DNA from: Trichoplax sp. H2
Lineage: Eukaryota
Assembly (NCBI GenBank): GCA_003344405.1
Contig: NOWV01000295.1
Location: forward strand, 1 to 60,260
Direction of reading: 5' to 3'
DNA length: 60,260 nt
Position numbers and translations under genes: made by a program. Shown piece by piece: positions 10,912 through 27,269 of the stretch (positions are counted from its first letter, which is position 1; the number at the start of each line of letters is the position of its first letter). A model generated the notes under the pieces. The model was not told the origin of the DNA and did not search any database. It worked only from the letters and a program-made list of their open reading frames with translations.

Positions 10912-13881
10912 ATGGCGAGCTCACTTTTCAACTCACTGAAACGAAAAGGTAGAGCAAGTAAAAAAAATCACTTGCAACACAGTCCTAAATACGTAGAAAT
11001 AATCGATTAACAGTAAGTTGAACGGTATGGGTCACAAAGCGTATTCGATCTTGTTATGATAGACCCAAGATAGAATTATCAATCATTTTACGCCATATCG
11101 ACAATGTTGTCTATTTGAAGAAGAAGTAAAAGACTTTTTACTGGAAATATTGACCGTTCAATAGGGGCCAAGGTAGAAAGTAGCTAACATTTTCTCTCCC
11201 CTGTAAATGATCTATAGGTTCTCGAAAATATCGAAGATCCAGGGAAGTAAATGACGATTCACTAACACGAGAACCAAGAAAAATTTCCGCTGCTTCCACT
11301 TCTGCTGATGCTAAGACAGCCAACAAAGCTCGAAAAGGATATAAAAGTAAAGAAAGCCAGGAAGAAGATTCTCAACCACCTTCAAGAAAACAGTTAGCTA
11401 ACGCCATCGGTGGCGGCTCAGATATACGATCTGTTCTAAGAAGACTCCTTTCCAATAGACCACCGATTGAGACATTACGAGAGAAAGGAATCTATCAAGG
11501 TAGCTTAAATAAATCGTATTCTACTCATCGATTGAATTTCCATTTGATCAATTCATTATATTACATACGGACGCTATAACGCAGCCGCTTTCGCTTCCAA
11601 AAGAAATTCAAATCGCTTTCCTTCCATCACAATCATCACGCTTATTGTTTCTAGATACAGTATGATAATCACTTCTTGCAAATTTTATCTAAACTTCATC
11701 AGGATTTCTTCTATCCACCCTTTAGATCTAACATTTGGTGCTCCTTTAGAAGTAGTTTGCAAGAGAGAATGCCAACTTGTTCCCAAATTTGTGCAACAAT
11801 GTATAAACCACATTGAAAGTTGCGGTAAGCATTGGAAAAGGGCGTAGATACATATACCGTACAATCGTAAAAAATTCCACCTCAAGAATAATACAGCATA
11901 ACTTGATAGGAATAATGTCTTCAAAACAGGATTGCAATATTTCTCAAATAACTTACCCTATCCCAACTATATTTCAATATGAACACCATTATAAAACTCA
12001 AGATTGGAAAGCTATTCGATCTGTTATCATCTTATTTATAATGTACTTCACTACTATTGAAATGATGTAAAGGATTAGTCAAGAAAGTTCTTTAAATCAA
12101 ATCTCAATTGTCGAAAATTTGTTATGCGAATAGATATATTAATTGAATCCTCTTTTTCTGACACCCTAAACTGCCTCTTCTCCTGTAAAGTTTAAAGTGA
12201 TTAGTGTATATCTCAAAACAGAATAACGTTAGCATCATAATGAGGCATTTCTCCAACTTACGACCGATGATGATAAATTAAATGAATCATCAACAATTAT
12301 ACAGGCTACAGTCGCCACTACACACAGAAATGATATCAAAGATGGAAAATGTTTTCTGCACTCATTTTCCATGTAATTTACTGTATTTGTATGCTTACAT
12401 AGAGTTATTTTCATAAAATATATCTATATGTCCCATACCAATTATCACGAAGCTACTTATCAAATACGGTGTAATGCATTAATAACTGTTGCTGTATAGC
12501 TCAATACTTGGCCTGAATAGCAGCATCTACAAAAAATGAAAAAGATTTTCTATGAATTATAATTGTTTAGACGATCAGGCAATTACATCTTCTTCGAAAT
12601 GGGTTATTCTAGCGAAGACAAATTTCTAATTAGTTACACAACGAACAGCTATTATCTTATATATTTATAAATAACTTTGTGTCTGTCTACAACTAGGTTT
12701 GGAATGTCAAGGAGTTTATCGAACTAGCGGAAATATGGCATCTGTAAATAAGCTCAAATATCAAGTTGATCATAGTTAGTAATAACTCACTGTAGATGTA
12801 ATAGTACTTACCTTTGGGACGTTACTAAATATGAATTGTATACCGTAATCTATTTCTTACTTGATTATAGATGCTCAGGTGGACCCAGATTTGTGGCATG
12901 ATATTACCGTAGTTACATCGGCTTTAAAACTTTATTTCAGAGAACTGCCAACGTCGCTCTTAACAGATAGATTCTATAAGCAAGTTACTGCCTACATAGG
13001 CTAGTTAAGATTTATGATAATATATTAACGCTATCACTATGGTTCGTTTAAAATTTTCGATGCCATAGACGTTAGTCCTTTTACATCACTACTTAGCAGC
13101 AATGGTTGAAACTGCTTCTAACTACTACTATATAGGCGAGGAAGATCTTGGTATCCTGATAACAAATTTAATTGACAGTATCAATCAACTTCCTAGATGT
13201 AATAGAGTCACATTGGATCTGATACTTCAACATCTGCAAAAGTAAATATTTGTGATAATTTTACATCTAAAAGTAATATATTATTCTTAACATGTTTACC
13301 GCTCCTTGCGATTGCGGTTCAAAATTATGGTACGTTAAAATCAGTCATTTACAGTACTTGTTTTACAATACAAAACCTCCTATTGGTAGTTTGTAAGAAT
13401 ATAGTTATGAAATGATATATTCCGAAAGTGATGTCATAGGATTACATTCAGCGGGCACTATTATTTGTTTTTCTCCGTATAACCCATCGCTGTTATTTTA
13501 ATTTTTTGTAGGGTAGTTGAGCAAAGTGCGAAGAATAAAATGACAGTTAGTAATTTGAGTATCATATGGGGCCCTACGTTAATGCAAGTTCCAGACCAGG
13601 CTGAGTTTGGACGATCGCTAATGGTGCAAAAGAAAACCTTAGATGTCATACTAAGGTATTATCAGTATCTCGACATTCAGGTAATTCTGCTTTTACATCT
13701 GCACTGCAGATTGTTCTAGTCAAAGATAAATTATTAATGATACAATTACAACACTGTTTGCAAGGGTTGGAAATAGTAATCAAATTGAAATTAAGTTTGC
13801 TTTCAAGATTCGTAAACTTAATCTTTGATTAAGCTACATATCTATTTTCTGCAGACTGGATCTGAGTCATTACCGAGATAA
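10912..13881 (+). CDS. Rho GTPase-activating protein, ARHGAP9/12/15/27 family (RPEL-like motif + RhoGAP domain)
   Basis: Exons 10912-10948, 11218-11499, 11726-11824, 12697-12774, 12871-12999, 13136-13241, 13512-13680, 13855-13881 join in frame. Motifs LRRLLSNRPPIETLREKGIYQDLTFG, GVYRTSG (arginine finger), LKLYFRELP, NKMTVSNLSIIWGPTL. The first exon is less certain. Confidence 0.85.
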
Positions 13882-15615
13882 AGTCTTTCTCAATGAATAA
13901 TCATCAAAGCTGTTCAAGCAGAAGTTTTTACTAGTGGTAATTCTATAACAGGCTTAATGAAAGCGCAACGGTTGATATTGTAATATTCTCCTATAACTGG
14001 ATCTATTGTAGTTTTTTACACTCTACTCAATGGATATCAGTATAGAACAAGAATCATTTTTCAATGGTGTGATAGCAAATTAAAGGTCACGATATACTTT
14101 ATAATTATTTTTTCAATTTTTTGCAATGAATTAACTACTATATGATGTATCCTTACGTTATTATACTTAGACAAATCAGATTTATTAATTAAGTTTTATA
14201 TTTATACATACGCAGATACGTTACTGGCTGTATCTTATGAGTTTTTTATTATGAGACGCATTTAATGGATGTGAAATATTTGTATGTAGCGTATCCAACT
14301 GTATACATTAATATATCTTCCTAAATAGAATAAAAATGATGGCATTATTTAATTTTCTAAATTTACTTTGACTACCTATTCAGTATTTCCTAGCTGTAAC
14401 CACATCGATTACACTTATGCAATTGATCATACTCTACTAGAGCAATATCAGGATACCTGTAAGAGAAGATAAAGGTACATATTGTCTTTTTATTACCCAA
14501 TGGAAATATAAATGGAAAGATTCAAATTGCAATATAATAACGTAAAATCCACAAAAGAAATCAATTTCTATAAGACTATTTTGAGATGTTTAATCATGTA
14601 GACATGGTGATACAATATGGCTAAATAAAGAAACCATTACCCTAATCAATTACTAAAACTAATTATTATCTGTAAAATCCGCGAATATGCGAGTATTCTA
14701 CGATACTAATAAACTATACCATAAAACAGACTATAAAAAAATTTTAAAATTTTTATCCTAAATCTTCCACCAGGATTAACTGTCATCATGTACAAAACCA
14801 ATAATCATACAAATATAACGCATAGAAATAGATTCTATAGCAGATAAACTATAATAATTGGCTAGACTAGACTTTTTTAATATGTAGCGCTGCCAAATAA
14901 TGAAATTGATTACGCTTAACCATTTACCTAAGCTACCGTAACCTGCAAAAAAGCCAATCATCATGCAAATATAATCCATAAATATATTCTATGTTGCAGA
15001 TCAATTAAACCAGCAAATTAGACACTTTAATACGTACTAGTGAATTTCCCGTTCGAATGAATGGGAATTTATTCTACACGAAGCAACACATTAAATGAAA
15101 ATCCATAGCTAGATTATCATACTATATATGCTTCCTAAACGAAGAAATGATTGATCTGCCCTTCATGATTTACCATAATCAAGTATGTGTGTGCGATTTC
15201 TATTCGCTTTTTCTAACTGAAGGTATACTCTAAATTCATAAAAAATAAATAGTAATAATCGACCATTGTACTGTAGCCTCCAGATATATAGGATAGATAA
15301 AGTATAGTAGCACAATGTAGTTTTCGGTAATGAATTAATCTACCAGATCGTACGGGTGCAAGTACACGCAACATACTAAATCGACTGCCACTGATCTTTC
15401 AAATCCCCGGCAAATAAATTAAAGTACGTCAATATGATAATATTTGCAAAAATTATAATTAATTTATCTATTGCTATACTGTATACTATATAGGTATAAT
15501 GCAAATTATGCAAAATAATACAACAGTAATATAGTTTACGTCATGTATCATACATTGCAGTAAGCAATAGTGGTAGTAGAAGCAAGCTCAGAGTAATGGC
15601 TAGAGTAGGCTAATA

Positions 15616-15629
15616 GTAGTCATGGTTAC
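15616..15629. promoter_or_regulatory. Candidate RFX X-box upstream of BBS5
   Basis: Minus-strand GTAACCATGACTAC (one mismatch to X-box consensus), about 80 bp before the ATG of a ciliary gene. Confidence 0.55.
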
Positions 15630-15708
15630 GTTAGCATGCGCAGTACTACGAGTTAATCATCATCCTCCATTTCTAATATTTAAAAGCAAACGATCTAGAG
15701 AAGTAAAA

Positions 15709-20119
<4,411 letters not shown>

Positions 20120-21629
20120 GAGAACTTGATGAAATATTTTCCCTCTAATGATAGTACAAAGTTGGTAACAATTCGATAATTGATAAACTGAATAATCAAT
20201 CTCTCAAGTAGAAATCAATACTGGTATATAAAAGTACATTACCACTGTATAAAAAAAAATGCTTGTAAGATTTATGTTGAATTCTTTTGTAAAATTTAAG
20301 TTAGTTACTTTAAAATGTTCTCTCCTCGTTAATTTGATCCTTCATTGTAAGTCACTTCCTAGTATAACACTCATTACTTTTCATAATTACATTCGTAATT
20401 AAGTTGTATCGTTAGCGCAACCTATAAGGCTTGATTATTAATTATTATTATGTATTATTTCTGTATGGAATGCAATCACATTACTGTTAAAGTACCAACG
20501 ACATCAAGTCAATATGTGAGTGATCATCTATCTGGCGCACATTATTAATATTTAAGTAGGATCATTATTACTAAATATAGAATTTTAAACGTAGCGTGAG
20601 TACTACTGTACATTGCATTGCACTGAAAGAAATAAAACGAATTGTCGAAAACGGCGATAACGAAAAAGCACTAATCACGGCTTCATCGACTACAGTTTCT
20701 GAATTATACACGCTACTAATATAGTTGGTAGACTTTATTAGGACAACGCTGTAAAATTATATCCAATAAAATATTACAGCTAACGTCTTAATTCGATTCA
20801 ATATTGACGATTATAAAGTCCGGAGGTGGTAATATCTAATAATAACGAGTTATCGATAATAATACGTAATAACAATTTACGCAAATATCTATTTCCCATG
20901 TACAAACTAAGATAGTTAGCAAAGGACGTATATCAACCACGCTATATCTAATTTTATAACGCTGAATGCATACAAATCGCTTTTAAATTTTTATATTATC
21001 CTATTTCAATCTGGCGATTGCTTACTATCCTTTGCTACTATTACCGTAATTACTGATTGAACTGAAAAGTTGCAAAAAATCCATAATCAGTGATACGTAG
21101 GACATCCATAAATAATAATACCTTACATAATATTTATGTAAGCTATGCAAAATCTAAAGTGGGTGATGCACAAATCAGTTAATGCAAAAGGAGAGACCAA
21201 TAAATGCATGTCCTTAATACATTCGCATTATCCGTACAAGGTTTGAACTTATCATTAAAGGAGATAATATATAGCAAATTAATAATTAATTCTTATCCTT
21301 TCAAGTCAGCATACACGTACTTTAAACATATTTATGAATACAAGTGCATACCAAAATATTGGTTCCAGTATTGAATGTAGAAGTCAACAGTACAGCATGC
21401 AACTATCGAAAAAAAATCTAACCGTAAATTTGTCATGTACATTAAATCAACCATAAGCGTGATTTAATTAAATAATAGAGAGAATGTTCATTCATGTCAG
21501 TCAAGTTGTTGACAGACTCAATGAGACACGATACCAGATCAGTTGTTGTCTGCAGCCAGGTTCATCGCCACAATCTAGTCTGTCGTGCATACAAACGAGG
21601 TAAGCAAAGGTGCCAAGAAGTCGACTCTT

Positions 21630-24600
21630 TTAATCCATTAAGTTATTATACTTGTTGATGCCAAAAATGCGTACAGTATGCAGTGCTGGTAGCTTGGGTA
21701 TGATCACAGAGCATAACGTGGTGGCATTAAATAAGAAATGCTGGACTTCGTAGCGGGTGTAGAAACTAGTCAGCATAAACCTATCAATCATACATCAAAA
21801 GAAACTTCGTTTTATCAATCATGAACGCTTTCCTTTGGTACGTACAATTTTAATTCTTTATTTCTTGTTGATCTATCCTCATAAACTTACATTGCAATCG
21901 GTACCATAATTAAGAATTTTCGGGTCCTAGTAAATTGTTCTCCAGAATCGATTTGTTCCCAATGTGTTAACTGTCTGCTTTTACCTTGATCAAACGTATC
22001 AAAGGGTGTACCTTTCATGACATGGAATAGGAAGAAGGTAAACTGAAATAAAAAAAGCTCATTGTTAGTTCTTACATACAATAGCAATATTATATAAGCA
22101 ATTTATTAGTTCCTAGGTGATAGGAGTAAGTTACTACCGTACGAGGAAATGTATATTGCAATACTTCGATGAATAGACGAGTATTCATTATTACAAGCAT
22201 AGATAGATTGGATCAAGTTCACTTTAAACAACTTGATCCATCCAAATTTCATTGGTTTTACTACATGTATCGTAGTAGCGTGTCGATTCTTTTAACAGTC
22301 AGTACCGGTATAGAAGTCCAAAGCATACCCTGGTCAAAATATACTCGGGATGAAAGTAGCCTAGTCTGTTTTCATACCTCAGGTATATTCTAGATTAGTC
22401 CAGTTTATCAAAAGCAGTAGTAGAGCCAAATGCACTAGTGAGCGAGGTGAACTTATTTTTGCCACAAATGGAAATTGAATAAGTACAGTACTGTACAATT
22501 TTATTGATTAATTCGATCTAGTACGATAATACTGCAATCAGGATAGTGGCAAACACTGCGCTCTTCATCAATTATCAAGGTTAAGGTAACCCCTAAGGTA
22601 AATCCAACAGTATGTAAACAAAAACAAACTTTTTTAATAATAATTAATTTTTATAACACGTCATAATAAAATTAGTAGATGATAACGTTGGAAAATGCTG
22701 TAGTCAACTTGAGAAATATTGTACTGTATGAGTATTACAATGACCAAAAGCAAGAGTATCAAAATGACTCAGATGTTTATTCCTTCTTACGGAGAACAAC
22801 ACCGTGGATATAGTACGTTCTACCGACTACTACAGCGCATAAAGTAAAAGTACGTTCAAACTAGCTACTGATAGTTCCGATCATGACCTATCTACTCAGT
22901 AATCAAGACTAGTTTATTCAGTCAATTTGTAATTTTAAAACTCGTGAATAAGATATAATTTATTAATTAATCGACAGTCCAGTCAATTTTCGATATTCAA
23001 GGATTGAATTATTAAACGATTAAAAAACAAGTAGTGACCCTTATTAAGGGTTAAAAACCACATGAATTATTGGGAGAATCTATTTACTAGACCGCTGATT
23101 CATTACCGTCAATATTGCATGTTATTATTTTGTAACTACCGGTTATTGCCTGAACTTGTCCCCACTGTCAATACAATCAACGTACGTTAGCTTAGTATCA
23201 AGGGAAGTCCCCCAAAATGAAACAGTTTGTGACAAAAACAAATTAACATGGAGGGAAATTTTTATTACTGTTGTTGAAAAAAGTGCCGCTATAGAACATT
23301 CGATTAGTCATAATCGTCTTCCTTTTTCTTCAGTTTTCCACATCGATATTGTATGTCCATATTAGCTTAATGTCATTTCATCAGCACAACTAACATTCAT
23401 TCTTTGTTTTATAAATTTAGGCTTTTAATTGTTCCAGTAACAACTTGAATAATTATTTTTTTTTATTTGTTGTCAGCAAAGTTACTGTATCATCTTTTCA
23501 AATGACGGCTGTTTTGATTACTATGTAGCAGGTAACATACTTTGTATAAAATATGGAGAAATTACGTTATCAGTAGAATAGCTAAATATGATGATTACTG
23601 TATGTGCATGCACTTTTACTCACGGCATTTTCATTTTTATAGCAATGATATTGGATTATTAATTATAATGATCACTGGATCGGTATAGGTCAAGTACTGA
23701 AACAGCTTATTCTATGTATAGTGTTGCAGTAGTTTGGAACAAAAAAAAAAAACATGACTTTACTATTGGAGTTTGAGCAAAACAATGACGATGATGCAAT
23801 GCAAAAGTCCAATGTGGATACCAACTCTTTGTGATAGACCTGGATCGATCTATCTTTGCTTGATAGGTATTGTCATCGAGAGGACATAAGATTGATCGAT
23901 TTTATAGCATTCGATTTCTGTTTAATGATGGTAAGTATTTTTTTTAATACTACTACGATTAATGTGTCCACAACAGATGAAAACAAATACAGTAGAACCA
24001 GATGATGATGATATCATGCAAGTTGTCGGAATGGCTATGCAATACGTCATGGAATTGGATAAAGACTATATAAATCAATCTGTATCTTACTGCATTTCAT
24101 CTGATAGTGAGCCATGTACAAGATACAAATTGATGATCAATAAAGTCATTATTATTATATTACATATCGATCGATGTACAGTATGCTGTATCTATTCAAT
24201 AATTAGTTGGTTGAAAGTTTGTTGCCTAAGCTGGATGATTGCTGCGGTATCTTGGGGCCTTAGCAATCACTAAGTAGTACTATGTACATTTGTTGAGAAA
24301 AAAATAACTCCAACTGGCCGTCAATGGACAATCGACTCATAATGAGTGTGATCATGAATTCATCAGAGACATAATTTGACCATTTCTTTTGGCCCTTTGT
24401 AACGCTACAGCTGCATCCGTACGCTAGCAGGCGAGCTGCAATTTATTGCAAATCAACCTAGGCGTAGACTGTTTTCAGCTCCATTTTGGACACTATTTCC
24501 CATAGTAAGTTTTCAACAGGATAAATTCAACATTGACTCACTGGCCATGATGGATCTAAAAGTGATTCATCATGGACTTGATCAACTTGATTAGACTAGG

Positions 24601-24836
24601 ATGAATTGACGAGTTCGGCTGTTGTTGCATCATTGACGGATGATGGAAATGAAAACACTTACCACATTGTGAAAGGTAAACGTCAATGTCCAAGCTTGGG
24701 GTACCGTTAAAACAGGAATACTTAGGAAGAAAAAGTGTTCCAATAATATAAAGAGAACATAGGTTATCCAAATGCCTCGACTATTCAGCCATTCGACGTT
24801 TGGATTGGATGCTGATCGTGTTCGAGCGGCTTCCAT
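21630..24836 (-). CDS. ORMDL: ORM1-like protein (ER serine palmitoyltransferase regulator)
   Basis: Exons 24663-24836, 21891-22042, 21630-21780: [16 protein letters not shown]...[28 protein letters not shown]...[23 protein letters not shown]. Confidence 0.96.
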
Positions 24837-25539
24837 ATTGGTTCATCGATGTCGATTGCAAAGTCAATGGAGTAGAACTGGAGCAAGCCGCTTTAACCAA
24901 CAATAGCACTTCAGTCAGCATTGGCTACGTCCTCTCACTGTAGCACGTCCAGTGTACAGTACGTGGGATCCGATTTCGTCACACAGTCCACGTCACACTT
25001 TTGCAGTACTGTACTGTACTGTACGTTCTCTTATCTCCACTGTGACCATGGAGATACGGTACACTGTAGCACTGGACTGTACACTGTACAGTACGACGTA
25101 CACTGTAGGGCAGAACCAGGAAGGGTAGCACTGCAGTATAGCTACAGTGCACACTACTGTAAATAGAAATCGTATGACCCTGCTTAAAAAATCACGGCTT
25201 AGCTGGTAGCTTCCATATTGGTTCATCAACGTCGATTGCAAAATCAATGGAGTACTGTAGAACTGGAGCAAGCCGCTTCAACCCACAATAGCACTTCAGT
25301 CAGCATTGGCTACGTCCTCTCACTGTAGCACGTCCAGTGTACAGTACTGTACGTGGGATCCGATTTCGTCACACAGTCCACGTCACACTTTTGCAGTACT
25401 GTACGTTCTCTTATCTCCACTGTGACCATGGAGATACGGTACACTGTAGCACTGGACTGTACCTGTACACTGTAACACAGTAAGGTCAGCTATAGCTACA
25501 GTGCACACTACTGTAAATAGAAATCGTATGACCCTGCTT
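24829..25539. repeat. Tandem duplication of the ORMDL promoter, 5'UTR and start codon (24829-25185 and 25209-25539)
   Basis: Both copies start gcttccatattggttcatc and end aaatcgtatgaccctgctt. High identity, with indels. Confidence 0.95.
24988..24995 (-). promoter_or_regulatory. UPRE/CRE-like element TGACGTGG (second copy at 25378-25385)
   Basis: Exact TGACGTGG about 150 bp upstream of the ORMDL ATG, plus a CCAAT box at 24920-24924. Confidence 0.45.
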
Positions 25540-26759
25540 GGACGATACTAGACAGAAGACACTATTCCGTGATTGGCTTAGCTGGTAGATCACGATAGCT
25601 AGTCATATGATCACTCACTCTTTCACACTCGCAGCGAGTTTCATTGATGATTGATCACATTTGATGGACGAGCTTACTGTACAGCACATTGCTCGGTCCT
25701 CTACCAGTGTTATTAGCCAGGTCAATTCTTCAAAATGGATGCTGTCGATTTTCTGTCGCGGATCAACATGGATAGACGAGTGCTACAGTCCCTCTTTTTC
25801 TTTTCCTGAAAGTTGTCCTGCTGTACGGTACTGCAATGGATCCCTTCGTGAATCTACAGTACTCCAATGGCCGCACAGCCAAAGATTGTTCTTTTACCTC
25901 TATTCACTGCATTGTACTGTACTGTACTGTAGAATGGACTGTACACGGTACAGTGGACACTCATAACTAGGCTTTAATTAAAGTCATAATACAGTTATGG
26001 ACTACTATCGGCATCTTAACGGTGCATCTACTAGACTGGTCGTTGATGACACAGTCAACTTATACCACAACTACAAAGTAGTTTTGATATTCTCCAATGG
26101 TCTACTAGACGCGTATAAAACGAGGATAGGACAATACTGCTAGTACGCGTATGCAAAATACGAAGACATTCCCAGTAATACCAGTAAAGCCTCAGATTAC
26201 CGGTTCATCAACCAAAATGCTAGAAAAGCCTGTCAAAAAGGTCCAAAAAAGCGCGACCGGTGCAGTACGCACAGTACAGTCCAGTACTGGAAAGAAGAGA
26301 AAGGGACGAAATACGGCCGAAAGCTGCCAAAAAAAGGAGCAGGCTGACTTTATTAGTGATCATTTTACAATACGCTACAGCTGTAACCGTGCACCGTACT
26401 GTGCGAAAGCAACCTGGCAGCTAATTTGGTCGTGTAAGAAGTCAACAGTACAGCACAGTAAAAAAGATTGCCGATGATCACTCAGTAATTGAATTCAATC
26501 AGGGACTTGTCGATTTGGGGGGTAAAAAAAATGGAAAAGTTCCTGATTATTAAATACGGGTCAGTGTCCTTTAAAAACAGTCAACCCGACTCGAGCGAGG
26601 GATAGGGGTTAAGTAATTTCGCGCTAATACAGTCTTTGTATAGCAATTGTACTCATTTCGGGCTTGAAAATCAACCGCTTTATCGGGTTGCGTTTTTACT
26701 CCATTTCATGGGTACCCTGACTGAGTGTCCGTCTTTGCTGATGTCTGTAGCACGACTAA

Positions 26760-27120
26760 AAGAAGTACAGTAAGCTACGATCGTACAGTACTGCACACTG
26801 TCACTGTACACTGTATGCCAAATTGCCAACACTACAGTAGTCCGCTACCGTAATGTACTGTACTGTACAGCACTACAGTATACTGTACACTGTACTGTAT
26901 ACTGTAGTACAGTACAGTACAGAAAAGCCAGCCGGACGGACATACTTCTCATCTATCCAAATAATCGTGAGGTACTTACAGTACTGTACTGAGTACGGTC
27001 AAGGAGAAGTCGACCATGTTCGGTTCATGCGCAGTTTGACTCGCAATCGACTTGGAGTCCAGCCGTGCCGTCTGACTACTGTATAGTACGAGCGTTTGAT
27101 ACTGTAGGGGTACAGTACAC
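26760..27120. repeat. ACTGT/ACAGT-rich cryptic simple repeat in the divergent ORMDL-ARPC2 intergenic region
   Basis: For example gtactgtactgtacagcactacagtatactgtacactgtactgtatactgtagtacagtacagtacag at about 26856-26922. Confidence 0.8.
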
Positions 27121-27269
27121 TTTCAACAGCGCTGATCTGCACTCTGCAAGCGACGTTTCTTTGCTGTATCTACACATCACCGTCGCCAACTGAAGGCCTA
27201 CGCAAGCGGCAGAAATTTGGGCGTACAACGCAGTTATTATTTTTGATTCAGCCTGGTATCTGATCCAGT

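Noticed and set aside
11165..11172. Possible 8-nt RhoGAP microexon (ag|gggccaag|gt)
   Set aside because: It would break the frame, and exons 1 and 2 already join in phase.
24921..27086. C/T/V/Y/S-rich ORFs between ORMDL and ARPC2
   Set aside because: By-products of the ACTGT/ACAGT low-complexity sequence.
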